DNA of 30,820 nucleotides from a virus (taxonomy: Duplodnaviria; Caudoviricetes), in the IMG/VR virus record IMGVR_UViG_3300049844_000026, positions 1-30,820 of that record; one strand, 5' to 3'. The notes beneath the pieces are model-generated. The model ran no database searches and was not told the origin of the DNA. It worked only from the letters and a program-made list of their open reading frames with translations. This document shows, one piece after another, positions 1 to 8,769 of this stretch. A program made the translations under genes and the position numbers. Within the stretch, counting starts at the first letter, position 1, and each line of letters opens with the position of its first letter.

Positions 1-253
1 TGAGCAGGTAGCCTTCAAGCTCCCACATCTTGTCTACAGCCTTCTCGAACGAGTATTTCTCTCCGAGTGCTTGGTTGTAATTTGCAATGTCAACGCAAGC
101 TGAAGTTCCTTCGATTGAGAATCCATTTTCAAGAATGATCTGACAAACCGTTGTCTTTCCATTCGGCAGCAACGTATATGTCGTGCTTTTGATCTTCGCG
201 AGCATATCGCTCATTGACACCTTGTTTGGCATCGGCTGATTTACTTCTTGCAT
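1..253 (-). CDS. Phage Gp49/Gp66 family protein (N4 gp49 / Sf6 gp66-like), truncated by window edge
   Basis: Not in ORF track. Hand translation from ATG 253: MQEVNQPMPNKVSMSDMLAKIKSTTYTLLPNGKTTVCQIILENGFSIEGTSACVDIANYNQALGEKYSFEKAVDKMWELEGYLL. The TxCxxxLxNGFxxxGxSACV...WxLEGYLL pattern is typical of this family. Confidence 0.8.
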   Translation of the reverse strand, partial: MQEVNQPMPNKVSMSDMLAKIKSTTYTLLPNGKTTVCQIILENGFSIEGTSACVDIANYNQALGEKYSFEKAVDKMWELEGYLL

Positions 254-454
254 TTATTTCTCCTGAGTTAATGCGTTGTGGGATTCTTGTGCGGCCTTGA
301 TCTCTTCAATCGCCGCGTTTCTCATCATCTCGAACAGTGGCTTCGCCTGTGCTGGATCTCTGGTTTTTAAGCCTTCGAGAATCAAATTGATCTCGTCGAT
401 ACCAAGCACGAAGTTGACCTTGACTGCTCGATGATCAAAACATTGGTTCGTCAT
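254..454 (-). CDS. Hypothetical protein
   Basis: 66-aa ORF filling the gap between the AAA ATPase and the gp49-like gene. Its stop abuts the next ATG. Start uncertain. Confidence 0.6.
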   Translation of the reverse strand: MTNQCFDHRAVKVNFVLGIDEINLILEGLKTRDPAQAKPLFEMMRNAAIEEIKAAQESHNALTQEK

Positions 455-1427
455 CGTCTGCTTTCTCTGGTTGTGGTGATTGTGATTTATGTGTTTCGGC
501 TAGCTGCTGCTGGTTAGCCAAAGCATTCAGCGAAGCAATGCTCTCATTCTCGTTTGCAGTGCCGAATGCTCGTTGGTCGTCGAATGCTTTCGCGCTTGCT
601 TTAGCTGAATCCAAGAATGCCTTGCCGAGAATTTTCTGAATGTCAGATGGAGTCTTAGACCATTGCTCTTTCAGTGATTCCATGCCTCCTTCTGTTGACA
701 TATTAACCAAGCCGCGATGACGCTCAACATCTGGATCTAATTGCTTTGCTCCATCAACCCAAGCTCGCAACTTCATTCCGTGATCTTGACCAATGTAACC
801 AGATCCAGAGAAGATGCTTGAAAGCTCGCTTGGCAACTTCAAGATGTCTTGACTGCGGCCCATGTCGTGCATCATAAAACTGGCAGTCATCTCGAATGGA
901 GCGTTCTGCTCAATGATTGGCTGAAGACCAAGTTGCTTTGGTTCGCGTGGATTTGTAAAGTCAGTCTTTTCACGGGCGCGAATGCACAAGATGACATGGC
1001 ATGGTGATTGCAAGATTGCGTCCATCATCTTTTTCCATTCGGCCTTAGCCAGCTTCCAGTTAGCCATACGGCTGTTTGAGTTATTCGCAATGTCTTGCGC
1101 ACCGCCCATACCCTCCCATGCGTGACTGATTGAGTCGATGATGAGAACTTCAGCGCCAGCACTGCTTGCTGCTTTGATTGCTTCAATGTATCGAGCTGGG
1201 CTGAATGGAGCTGTTAAATCTCCAATGTTGAACGGAGATGGAAGCGTGTCAGCGTACAACGAGCCACGGCGATTCTCTGAATCTACAAAAAAGATCTTGT
1301 CTGCATCATTTTTTGCTAAGCCGTATGCAAGCTGCAATGCTGTATATGTCTTGCCAGAGCCTGAAACTCCAGCGAGACCGATTACCAAACGTGCGCCTTC
1401 GCGCTGTACTTTTTTAAATTGAATCAT
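435..1427 (-). CDS. AAA-family ATPase, Sak4-like single-strand annealing recombinase
   Basis: Walker A GVSGSGKT, Walker B VLIIDSISH, acidic tail (DDDEPMF). Lies in the same arm as a RecE-like nuclease. Confidence 0.8.
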   Translation of the reverse strand: MIQFKKVQREGARLVIGLAGVSGSGKTYTALQLAYGLAKNDADKIFFVDSENRRGSLYADTLPSPFNIGDLTAPFSPARYIEAIKAASSAGAEVLIIDSISHAWEGMGGAQDIANNSNSRMANWKLAKAEWKKMMDAILQSPCHVILCIRAREKTDFTNPREPKQLGLQPIIEQNAPFEMTASFMMHDMGRSQDILKLPSELSSIFSGSGYIGQDHGMKLRAWVDGAKQLDPDVERHRGLVNMSTEGGMESLKEQWSKTPSDIQKILGKAFLDSAKASAKAFDDQRAFGTANENESIASLNALANQQQLAETHKSQSPQPEKADDDEPMF

Positions 1428-1428
1428 C

Positions 1429-1854
1429 TTAGTGCCTCACAAATCTTCCGGTTGATTTATCTCGAATGTTTTCAACGAGACCAGTTCTTAAAGCGTGAAT
1501 AAAATTTTCAGATGGAGTACACCATTCAAGATTGCTCATGCTGTTGTTTTGCTTGTTTCCATCTATGTGATTTATTTCATTAAGCATTCGCGTGTTTTCT
1601 ATGAATGCAAAAGCAACGATTCTGTGAATCATTATCTTTTTCCTTTCTGCATTCACACACGTATGAATCCTCAAGTAACCGCAATTTGAAATTATTGGTT
1701 TTAGCCACTTTCCATTCCTACGATTTCCCCTGGAGTCAACCCTAGAGTGGCTATAAACACGACCATCAAAAGTGACAGAATAGATTCCTTCAAACCCAAC
1801 CGCCTGCCTTGAGAATAATGGCGTATCGCCATGCGCTACACATCTCATCTTCAT
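1429..1854 (-). CDS. NUMOD4-HNH homing endonuclease
   Basis: GFEGIYSVTFDGRVYS (NUMOD4-like), HRIVAFAF, INHIDGNKQNNSMSNLEWCT (HNH). Likely start at ATG 1854. Confidence 0.9.
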   Translation of the reverse strand: MKMRCVAHGDTPLFSRQAVGFEGIYSVTFDGRVYSHSRVDSRGNRRNGKWLKPIISNCGYLRIHTCVNAERKKIMIHRIVAFAFIENTRMLNEINHIDGNKQNNSMSNLEWCTPSENFIHALRTGLVENIRDKSTGRFVRH

Positions 1855-1867
1855 GATTTGATTTCCC

Positions 1868-1975
1868 AAAAAGAAACGCCACTTAAACCGTAGTACGAGT
1901 ACGGAATAAGTGGCGTCAGCCTAGTGGCTTACCCATGATTGCGTCTCGTACACGCAATGAATAAGCCTGACGCAA
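1868..1975 (-). ncRNA. Structured leader RNA: multi-stem element plus terminator-like hairpin with mutually complementary 7-nt loops (c4-antisense-like architecture)
   Basis: Stems 1913-1919/1967-1973, 1926-1931/1962-1967, 1938-1944/1952-1958, 1876-1885/1907-1916 and 1888-1892/1900-1904. Loops 1945-1951 and 1893-1899 are exact reverse complements. A U-rich tract follows the last stem on the minus strand. Confidence 0.65.
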
Positions 1976-1980
1976 TTGTA

Positions 1981-2172
1981 TCATGACTGTGAACTCTTTT
2001 CAAAAACAACAGCCCGTCGAAACGATTTCTCAGAGCAAAATTTATTGACATCTCCGCCATCGGAGTACGAAACGAATCCGCCATGAATTGCGACAACTCG
2101 ACGGTGTGTGCTTCGTGCGTTTGGTTTGCGTGGCAAATACACCTTGCCAAGCTCAATCACGTTTTTCTTCAT
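1981..2172 (-). CDS. Hypothetical protein
   Basis: 63-aa ORF with GGAG upstream, overlapping the end of the upstream gene. Confidence 0.6.
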   Translation of the reverse strand: MKKNVIELGKVYLPRKPNARSTHRRVVAIHGGFVSYSDGGDVNKFCSEKSFRRAVVFEKSSQS

Positions 2173-2332
2173 GTTTGGCTCCTGATTTGCATTTACCGTG
2201 TTGGTTAATAAATTTCTTCATTTCCAACGTGTACTCGCCAACCTGAATCGGAAACTTCACAGCCTGTTTTGCACCGCAAGCGTGACAGTTGAAGTGACCG
2301 CCCTTATAGTTCATGTGATCTTTGTTAGACAC
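2153..2332 (-). CDS. Small putative Zn-binding protein (CxxC...HxxC)
   Basis: GTG at 2332 with AAGGAG 7 nt upstream, overlapping the nuclease stop. Contains CHAC and HGKC. Confidence 0.6.
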   Translation of the reverse strand: MSNKDHMNYKGGHFNCHACGAKQAVKFPIQVGEYTLEMKKFINQHGKCKSGAKHEEKRD

Positions 2333-3173
2333 CGTCAATCTCCTTTTCAGCCCAAACTGGTAACGATAGATTTGTGATTTCTTTTGAGTAGCTTGGCCAC
2401 TCTTGCTTGCGATGACACTCAACAATCTTCGCAAGCTGTTCGCGGTAACGCTTGTGGCCGTAGTCGATCATCTTTGATGGCGCTGAGTACATAGCTGTAG
2501 CGTATGGCGCGTCTTTTTCTTGGCAAAAATACAGAAACGGTGGACGCTCTGCCGTCTTCCAGAATCGTTGCCACACATCACAGTAAAACGCTGCTTGGTA
2601 GTGGTAGTCGAGATTCCAATACGAACGGCCGAACTCGTGTGGTGACGCGTCCTGCGTTGTCTTGCCATCCAGAATCAATCCATTCGGAAACTGCTCGCAA
2701 GGCATGATGGCCAGATCTGGGCGAATCTTCAGCGTGAGAGATGTCTCTTCGTCGGTGATGAAGATTGAGTTTTCGATGATGCAGTTTTCGTGAGCGAGAA
2801 GCATTGACATAACTGGATGTTTGCTGGCCAGCTCTGCCATCTTCAGGATCTCGCGATACTCATCAGGCTTGAATGGCGTCTTTCCGCTGGCTTCAATCTC
2901 AGCGAAAAATGCTTTGCCTTCTTTGGTGCGACGATCAATGCCTTCTGGAACTTCGACGAAATCCTTACTGAAGTTTTCTGGCTCAAACAGAGCTGTGTGC
3001 CAAGCAGTTCCAGTGAGCATCGCTGCTGTTGCTTCTTTCTTTTCGCGCTCTGGATTCACGTAGGAATGGTAATAGTGGAGGGCTGATCTTTCCATTGCTT
3101 TGAAGTGGCTGCTTGAGATGCCATCCATCGCATGATATTCCTCGTTTGTGAGGGTTGTGGTGATGTAGTTCAC
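2325..3173 (-). CDS. PD-(D/E)XK exonuclease, RecE/exonuclease VIII-like (DUF3799)
   Basis: NEEYHA..GISSS, GTAWHTALFEP, KIRPD, ILDGKTT and YHYQAAFY motifs. Confidence 0.9.
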   Translation of the reverse strand: MNYITTTLTNEEYHAMDGISSSHFKAMERSALHYYHSYVNPEREKKEATAAMLTGTAWHTALFEPENFSKDFVEVPEGIDRRTKEGKAFFAEIEASGKTPFKPDEYREILKMAELASKHPVMSMLLAHENCIIENSIFITDEETSLTLKIRPDLAIMPCEQFPNGLILDGKTTQDASPHEFGRSYWNLDYHYQAAFYCDVWQRFWKTAERPPFLYFCQEKDAPYATAMYSAPSKMIDYGHKRYREQLAKIVECHRKQEWPSYSKEITNLSLPVWAEKEIDGV

Positions 3174-3203
3174 GACTTACTTTCGTTGTTGATGAGATTG
3201 CAG

Positions 3204-3279
3204 TGTATCACAGAACTTCACGCTTGTGAAAAAATATTTTAAAAATATTTCTTGCAAAACTTCACAGCTGTGATATATT
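3204..3279. promoter_or_regulatory. Divergent sigma70-like promoter pair with two palindromic operators
   Basis: Rightward: TTGCAA(3252)-16 nt-TATATT(3274) with TGn. Leftward: TTCACA-17 nt-TACACT with TGn. AT-only core between them. Palindromes TTCACGCTTGTGAA 3217-3230 and TTCACAGCTGTGAT 3261-3274. Confidence 0.7.
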
Positions 3280-3304
3280 TCAGTTTTCACAACAGGAGAA
3301 CGCA

Positions 3305-3571
3305 ATGAAATATGTGATCGAAATACATGAGGTGGATTTAGCACCAACAGATTGGAACCTAAAGAAGAGCTGGCCTCATGTTGGCTTGTTCACTGCGAAA
3401 GACGAGTCGTACTCTATGTATCATGTAACGAACGATTCTGAGCACGTAGCATTCATTAGCCACCCAGAGTTTTTCAAGAAAACCCCATACGTTGAAGCAG
3501 GAGAAGCAGTCAGCGAATCACTGCTATTGAAGGCTATTGCCGCTGCTGCTCATGCGAAGGTGTTGTCATGA
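3305..3571 (+). CDS. Hypothetical protein
   Basis: AGGAG RBS. First gene after the rightward promoter. ATGA overlap with the next gene. Confidence 0.75.
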   Translation: MKYVIEIHEVDLAPTDWNLKKSWPHVGLFTAKDESYSMYHVTNDSEHVAFISHPEFFKKTPYVEAGEAVSESLLLKAIAAAAHAKVLS

Positions 3572-3885
3572 GTACGAAGCACACACCTGGGCCCTGGAGT
3601 AATGGACTTGACGCATTCGGAAAGCCGATCATCTGCCAGCAATACGATTCTCAACTTTTTGGCGCAGAGGAACCAAACGAAGAATGGCAAGCAAACTGTA
3701 GATTAGTTTCCGCAGCTCCAGACCTCCTATCCTGCCTAATCGAGATGGTAGAAGTTCACGACGAGCCATGCCGATTTGATCACCACGGCTGCTGTCAATC
3801 TCACTTTTTGGATGACGTGAATGACGGTGGATGTCGCGTTGCGAATGCGCGTGCAGCTATTACCAAAGCAACAGGAGAACAGTAA
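3568..3885 (+). CDS. Conserved phage hypothetical protein (KHTPGPW...AAPDLL type)
   Basis: MSTKHTPGPW, ANCRLVSAAPDLL and ARAAITKATGE are motifs common in phage early regions. Confidence 0.8.
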   Translation: MSTKHTPGPWSNGLDAFGKPIICQQYDSQLFGAEEPNEEWQANCRLVSAAPDLLSCLIEMVEVHDEPCRFDHHGCCQSHFLDDVNDGGCRVANARAAITKATGEQ

Positions 3886-4160
3886 TGAAATATTTATTGT
3901 TGGGTGGCCCTCACTCCGGCAAACAAATGCCAGACGTAGGCCACGTATTAAAGATGCCAAAGCAGATTCCTCTAAGTACTGTTTTGCATGGAGAAGGCTC
4001 TGATCAGATTGCTACTCAATGCGAGTCTGACAGATATGTTGCAACAAGCATCAGAGGGTCTGATAGGACTTTCATGGTGTACGTTTATGAGTACGACCTG
4101 CATAAAAATCTTGTTGGAATGATGATTTCTGAGTTGATGCGCATGGGAGAAAAGTCATGA
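3885..4160 (+). CDS. Hypothetical protein
   Basis: TAATG overlap and AGGAG RBS support a start at 3885 (MKYLLLGGPHSG). Confidence 0.7.
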   Translation: MKYLLLGGPHSGKQMPDVGHVLKMPKQIPLSTVLHGEGSDQIATQCESDRYVATSIRGSDRTFMVYVYEYDLHKNLVGMMISELMRMGEKS

Positions 4161-4366
4161 ATAAAGAAACAGGTGGGCCAGCGTTTCCGATTGACCGCAT
4201 TGCCATCAATAAAGAGTTCGGCAGCTCAGGCATGACTCTGCGCGACTACTTTGCTGCTCAAGCCATGCAGGCCTTGTTGATTGCAACAAAAACAGCGGAT
4301 GGAAACATGATTATCAAAGATGCTTACAACATCGCCGACGCCATGCTGAAAGCGAGGGAATCATGA
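4157..4366 (+). CDS. Conserved phage hypothetical protein (GGPAFP...GMTLRDYFAA type)
   Basis: GGPAFP, GMTLRDYFAAQAMQ and AYNIADAML motifs. ATGA overlaps on both sides. Confidence 0.85.
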   Translation: MNKETGGPAFPIDRIAINKEFGSSGMTLRDYFAAQAMQALLIATKTADGNMIIKDAYNIADAMLKARES

Positions 4367-4602
4367 TCAAAAACTGGCTATACGCCCTAGCAATCGCAAT
4401 CATCCTGAGCTGCTCTTATATGCTCGACGGTCACGCATTCGAGCCAAAGTATTTTTACTTCAACACTAAGCCAGAAAAGATTGAGGCTTACCAAGCGTGC
4501 AAGAAGATCGGTGGGCCTAACGCTTGGTTCATCGTCACAGACTCAGGAAGAATCATCTGCGTGAACAAGCGCGGCAACAAACTATCGGAACAACCAAAAT
4601 GA
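4363..4602 (+). CDS. Hypothetical exported or membrane-anchored protein
   Basis: N-terminal hydrophobic segment, a C-terminal Cys pair, ATGA overlaps. Confidence 0.7.
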   Translation: MIKNWLYALAIAIILSCSYMLDGHAFEPKYFYFNTKPEKIEAYQACKKIGGPNAWFIVTDSGRIICVNKRGNKLSEQPK

Positions 4603-4922
4603 ACAATCCGTACTTCAAATTCATAGTAAAGAAAAAAGATCTCGACATTGACCTGACTGCGCGTGAGCTTCTTGATCGAATCGCGATGGCTTGTAGTGTT
4701 GGACATCCAATGACTGTTTCTCGCATCATGAGCATCAAATCAATCGCATCTCCAGCAACGCTATATCGCAAGTTGGAAGACCTGCTTGATGCAAATCTGG
4801 TTTACCACAAGCAGACAATGAAGAATCGTCGAACGAAGTACGTAATGCTGACAACAAAGGCTGAGAAGCACTTTAAAGAGCTTGGTGAGTGCATGAGAAA
4901 GTCTGTGGAGTCTGTAGAGTGA
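4599..4922 (+). CDS. MarR-like winged-helix DNA-binding protein
   Basis: Start at 4599 by ATGA overlap. SPATLYRKLEDLLDANLV helix followed by RRTKYVMLTTKA wing. Confidence 0.75.
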   Translation: MNNPYFKFIVKKKDLDIDLTARELLDRIAMACSVGHPMTVSRIMSIKSIASPATLYRKLEDLLDANLVYHKQTMKNRRTKYVMLTTKAEKHFKELGECMRKSVESVE

Positions 4923-5521
4923 CAATCCAATCAGTTAGTTACGATCAAGACTACATCATCAAGTCGATCATGGAGTTGTGTGGAATTGAATGGTTTTCAG
5001 CAGACTTGACTTATGGCAATGGTGGTTTTTGGAAAAACCTTCCGGAGCCAACAATGAAGTTTGACATTGATCCACAAACACCCGAAACAAAACAAGCATC
5101 ATCAACCAATATCCCATTGGCAAGTGGCATTCTTGGTTCTGTAATTTTTGATCCACCATTCTTGACTTACATCAAGCAAGGCCGTGAGCACAACTCAGTC
5201 ATGGGTAAGCGATTCAGTGGGTACTGGCGTTATGAAGAGCTGGAAGAGCACTATCGCGGAACAATCAAAGAGGCGCATCGACTTCTAGAAAAGAAAGGCA
5301 TTTTTGTCATCAAGTGCCAAGACATCATTCACAACCACAAGATGCACTGCACTCACGCAAACATCATCAAATGGTCTGAAGGAATGTTTAGATTGAAGGA
5401 TCTATTCATCCTTGCTGCAAAGAATCGTATGCCAATTCCGCAAACGGAAGGAGCAAAAAAGAAAGTGCAAAAACACGCTCGCATTCATCATTCGTACTTC
5501 ATGGTTATGGAGCGCCTATGA
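4919..5521 (+). CDS. SAM-dependent DNA amino-methyltransferase (N6-A/N4-C type)
   Basis: Motif I-like ADLTYGNGGFW followed by catalytic VIFDPPF. GTG at 4919 overlaps the upstream stop. Confidence 0.8.
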   Translation: MTIQSVSYDQDYIIKSIMELCGIEWFSADLTYGNGGFWKNLPEPTMKFDIDPQTPETKQASSTNIPLASGILGSVIFDPPFLTYIKQGREHNSVMGKRFSGYWRYEELEEHYRGTIKEAHRLLEKKGIFVIKCQDIIHNHKMHCTHANIIKWSEGMFRLKDLFILAAKNRMPIPQTEGAKKKVQKHARIHHSYFMVMERL

Positions 5522-7182
5522 CAATCACCCTCCGCCCATACCAGCAAGACGTAGTAAACGAAGTCCGCAACGCATTTGCAGAAGGCTACAAATGCCCTTT
5601 GGTTGTCGCATCAACAGGAGCTGGCAAGACTGTGATGTTTAGCTACATCGCAAAGAACGCCGCAGACAGAAATAATGCGATCCTGATTGCTGCACATCGC
5701 AAGGAGATCATTCGTCAGATCAGCCTATCACTGGCCAGATTTGCTTTGCCGCATAACGTCATCGCCGCACCTGCACTCGTAAGGCAGATCAAGATCGCGC
5801 AGTTCAAGGCATTTGGCAAATCATTCGTTGACACGACATCATCGACGATGGTTGGCTCAGTGCAAACAATCGTTGGTCGATTCGACATGATCGACGCAGC
5901 CATTGCAAGACTGTCGAAGCGAATTACAAAGCCAGCCAAAACAATCGTGATTCAGGATGAGGGACATCACGTAGTGCAAAACACAGCATGGGGTCGCGTC
6001 ATGGATCGCTACGGGCCAGCTGTCGGCAACGTCAGCCTGATCGTCACAGCGTCTCCTCAGCGCCTCGATGGTCGTGGACTAGGTAAAGGTCACGGTGGTT
6101 ACGCAGACACGATCATTGAAGCGCCACCAATGTCGTGGCTTATCGAAAACGGATTTCTGTCGCCATATCGCGTGTTCACTGCGCAGCATCAGATCGACGT
6201 GTCGTCAGTCAAGACGCGCATGGGTGACTATGCCGCTTCAGACTTGCAAGAAGTGGTCGATAAGCCTCAAATTACAGGTGATGCCATCACTCACTGGCGA
6301 AAGCACGCAAACGGCCTCAAAACGGCTATTTTCTGCGTCTCCGTTGAGCACAGTAAGCACGTTGCTGCTGAGTTCAATGAGAACGGCATTCCTGCTGCTC
6401 ACATTGACGGTGGAACTGACGACACAGAGCGTGACAAAGCGATCATCGACTTTGCGAACGGAAAGATTCTCGTCATCACGAACGTCAACATCCTCAGCGA
6501 AGGATTTGATCTGGCCAGCATTGCCCAGCAAGACGTGACGATTGACTGTGTGGTTGACTTGGCTCCAACGCAATCGCTTGTGAACGCATTGCAGCGCTGG
6601 GGCCGTGCTTTGCGTCCTGCTGCTGGTAAGACTGCCATCCTGCTCGACCACGCTGGCAACGTGATGCGTCATGGCTTGCCAGACGAAGACCGAGCATGGA
6701 CGCTTGAAGGCGTCAAGAAAAAGAAGCGAAAGACCGATGAAGATGACGAAGATGATGTCAAGGTCAAGTGCTGCCCAGAATGTTTCTCGATCCACGAGCC
6801 TCAACCGGTGTGCCCGAACTGTGGCCATGTGTACGAAATCAAAGCCAGAAAGATTGAGCACATTGAAGGCGAGCTCAAGGAAATTCAGCAGGCTCAGATT
6901 GAGAAAATGCGCCGCGACAGGATGCTCCAACAGGGCAAGGCGCAGACTGTTGATGAACTCGTGCAGCAAGGCATGAGCAAAGCACGAGCCGAGAAGATCA
7001 TCGAAGCCAGACTTGCTAAGCAGGCGTTGCAGGAGGAGATTTTTAATAAGCTCTCAGAGATTCAGGTGAAAACCGGCTTCGGCCCATACCAGACCTGTGG
7101 CTTTACCCGCGCAGACATCTTGCGAATGAAGCCCAAGGAGCTGAAAGCCTTGAGTGTTACAATCACAACTGTGAACAATTAG
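5518..7182 (+). CDS. Superfamily 2 DExH helicase with C-terminal Zn ribbon
   Basis: LRPYQ, TGAGKT, DEGHH, TASP, SEGFD, QRWGRALR and CPEC...CPNCG. Confidence 0.95.
   Translation: MTITLRPYQQDVVNEVRNAFAEGYKCPLVVASTGAGKTVMFSYIAKNAADRNNAILIAAHRKEIIRQISLSLARFALPHNVIAAPALVRQIKIAQFKAFGKSFVDTTSSTMVGSVQTIVGRFDMIDAAIARLSKRITKPAKTIVIQDEGHHVVQNTAWGRVMDRYGPAVGNVSLIVTASPQRLDGRGLGKGHGGYADTIIEAPPMSWLIENGFLSPYRVFTAQHQIDVSSVKTRMGDYAASDLQEVVDKPQITGDAITHWRKHANGLKTAIFCVSVEHSKHVAAEFNENGIPAAHIDGGTDDTERDKAIIDFANGKILVITNVNILSEGFDLASIAQQDVTIDCVVDLAPTQSLVNALQRWGRALRPAAGKTAILLDHAGNVMRHGLPDEDRAWTLEGVKKKKRKTDEDDEDDVKVKCCPECFSIHEPQPVCPNCGHVYEIKARKIEHIEGELKEIQQAQIEKMRRDRMLQQGKAQTVDELVQQGMSKARAEKIIEARLAKQALQEEIFNKLSEIQVKTGFGPYQTCGFTRADILRMKPKELKALSVTITTVNN
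7155..7175 (+). promoter_or_regulatory. Extended -10 promoter and operator upstream of the cro-like gene
   Basis: TGT-TACAAT (7155-7163) overlapped and followed by ATCACAACTGTGAA (7162-7175). Confidence 0.6.
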
Positions 7183-7190
7183 GAACCATC

Positions 7191-7379
7191 ATGCACTTAG
7201 ATGAAGCAATAAAACACTACAAAACACAGCGCAAGCTGGCCGAAGTTCTCGGTGTGTGCGAGCCTTGCATCAGCAATTGGCGCTCGCGAGGAAAGATCCC
7301 TGCAATGGCGCAGCTGAAGATTCAAAAACTCAGCCGTGGCAAATTGAAGGCCGACATCAATGTGTTTGGGGTGAAGTAA
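7191..7379 (+). CDS. Cro-like HTH transcriptional regulator
   Basis: 62 aa; TQRKLAEVLGVCEPCISNW..GKIP..AQLKIQKLSRGKLKAD is a typical Cro/YdaS pattern. Confidence 0.85.
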   Translation: MHLDEAIKHYKTQRKLAEVLGVCEPCISNWRSRGKIPAMAQLKIQKLSRGKLKADINVFGVK

Positions 7380-7423
7380 AGATCATAAATTGCAGTACAA
7401 TGAAAGTACTGCAAAGGAGTTTT

Positions 7424-7903
7424 ATGATTACAAAGTCAAGAGTGCTGGAGCTTTTCAATTATGTTGATGGTGTTCTCGTATATAAAAGCGACGGCCTTCG
7501 AAGGAGAGCTGGTCAAAAGGCCGGATGGAAAACTGACAATGGATACCTTCGCGTAGACATTGATGGTAAAAAATATTACGTCCATAGAGTCGTATGGGTT
7601 TACCACAACGGCGATTGTGGTGATTATCTGATAGATCATATAGATGGAGATAAGACAAATAATCAAATCTCAAATCTTCGTCTATCAAATAAATCTCTCA
7701 ATGGCTTCAACAGAAGAAAAGCAAGAAGCGACAGCGAAAGCAGCCTTATAGGAGTTCTATCTGGAAAAACAAAAAAAGGAACAAAAACATTTCAGGCTCG
7801 CATAACAATAAATGGCGTGCGAATTGGACTTGGAAACTACAAGAGCGCAGAAGAGGCGCACCTTGTCTATCTTGATGCAAAGAAAAAACTAATAAATTTT
7901 TAA
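7424..7903 (+). CDS. HNH homing endonuclease with C-terminal AP2-like domain
   Basis: AGGAG RBS before ATG 7424. HRVVWVYH, IDHIDGDKTNNQISNLR, then FQARITINGVRIGLGNYKSAEEAHLVY. Confidence 0.9.
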   Translation: MITKSRVLELFNYVDGVLVYKSDGLRRRAGQKAGWKTDNGYLRVDIDGKKYYVHRVVWVYHNGDCGDYLIDHIDGDKTNNQISNLRLSNKSLNGFNRRKARSDSESSLIGVLSGKTKKGTKTFQARITINGVRIGLGNYKSAEEAHLVYLDAKKKLINF

Positions 7904-7911
7904 GGATAAAA

Positions 7912-8214
7912 ATGTCTTATTCAGAAGTGGAAATGAAACTTATTCAGTGGGGTGAAGCTCGCAAGATCATTCAGAATGGCACGGCTATTTCGCAGGCAAT
8001 CAAAACTCTTGAAGAGACGACTGAACTGCTCGATGCGATCAACCGCGATGACATGGATGAGGTCAGGGATGCCGTTGGTGACATCGTTGTGACGCTGATC
8101 ATGGTGTGCGCGATCAAAGACATTGATTTGGTGCAGTGCTTGGAAGGCGCTTACCAGCAGATCAAAGATAGGCGAGGCCACCTCACACCGCAAGGAACGT
8201 TCATCAAAGAGTGA
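7912..8214 (+). CDS. MazG-like nucleotide pyrophosphohydrolase
   Basis: KTLEETTEL...DAVGDIVVTL...AYQQIKDRRG. Confidence 0.9.
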   Translation: MSYSEVEMKLIQWGEARKIIQNGTAISQAIKTLEETTELLDAINRDDMDEVRDAVGDIVVTLIMVCAIKDIDLVQCLEGAYQQIKDRRGHLTPQGTFIKE

Positions 8215-8220
8215 TTTGCG

Positions 8221-8265
8221 AAAAATAAAAAATTTAGTTGTTTATTTAACAAATCGTGATATACT
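8221..8265 (+). promoter_or_regulatory. Sigma70-like promoter with UP-like A tract
   Basis: A tract, then TTGTTT(8238)-16 nt-TATACT(8260) with TGn. Shares GTGATATA with the 3252-3279 promoter. Confidence 0.55.
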
Positions 8266-8296
8266 TGTTTCACACCAACACAATCGAAAGATGAAA

Positions 8297-8497
8297 ATGC
8301 AGAAATTATTGAAGATCAAAGACGTGGCCGAGATCCTTGGTCGCTCACCAACAACGGTTCGCGTCGACGTTTCTCGCCGACCAGAGACGTTGCCACCGCG
8401 CATCGTAATGCCAGGATCCAACCGAGTCGTGTGGGATGCCAATGACGTGTCTGAGTGGCTGGCCAAGCAGAAGCGAAGCGATGAGGTGACTGTATGA
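8297..8497 (+). CDS. AlpA/excisionase-like HTH protein
   Basis: LLKIKDVAEILGRSPTTV...LPPRI...RVVW....VSEWL. Start at 8291 or 8297. Confidence 0.8.
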   Translation: MQKLLKIKDVAEILGRSPTTVRVDVSRRPETLPPRIVMPGSNRVVWDANDVSEWLAKQKRSDEVTV

Positions 8498-8769
8498 CCG
8501 ACATCGTAGAAACATTGACTGAGCGTGGATCTCGCTATGGCACGTTCACTGGTCATGCCGAAGCAACCCAGACGCTGAAGGCAATCTTTCGCTCAAAGAT
8601 GGGCGAGAAGTGGGACAGGCTGGCTGACGACCAGAAAGAGTCACTTGAGATGATCGCCCACAAGCTGGGCCGCATCATCAATGGCGACCCAAACTACGCA
8701 GACAGCTGGGTAGATATTGCAGGCTACGCCAAGCTCGTCGCAGATCGACTGGAGGGCATCGTTCGATGA
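8494..8769 (+). CDS. DUF6378-like conserved phage protein
   Basis: ERGSRYG..., HKLGRIINGDPNYADSWVDIAGYA. Confidence 0.85.
   Translation: MTDIVETLTERGSRYGTFTGHAEATQTLKAIFRSKMGEKWDRLADDQKESLEMIAHKLGRIINGDPNYADSWVDIAGYAKLVADRLEGIVR

Noticed and set aside
4919-5521. Restriction-modification system
   Set aside because: Orphan methyltransferase with no adjacent restriction endonuclease, which is common in phages.
7256-7423. N-terminal extension of the HNH-AP2 ORF given in the track
   Set aside because: It overlaps cro. The AGGAG RBS supports ATG 7424. Over-long starts were trimmed for the same reason at 3831, 4524, 4889, 8123, 9464, 21775, 22185, 23633, 24675 and 24910.
8297-8497. Evidence of a temperate lifestyle from the Xis/AlpA-like and Cro-like genes
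   Set aside because: No integrase, CI-type repressor or att site is visible, so lifestyle cannot be decided from this window.
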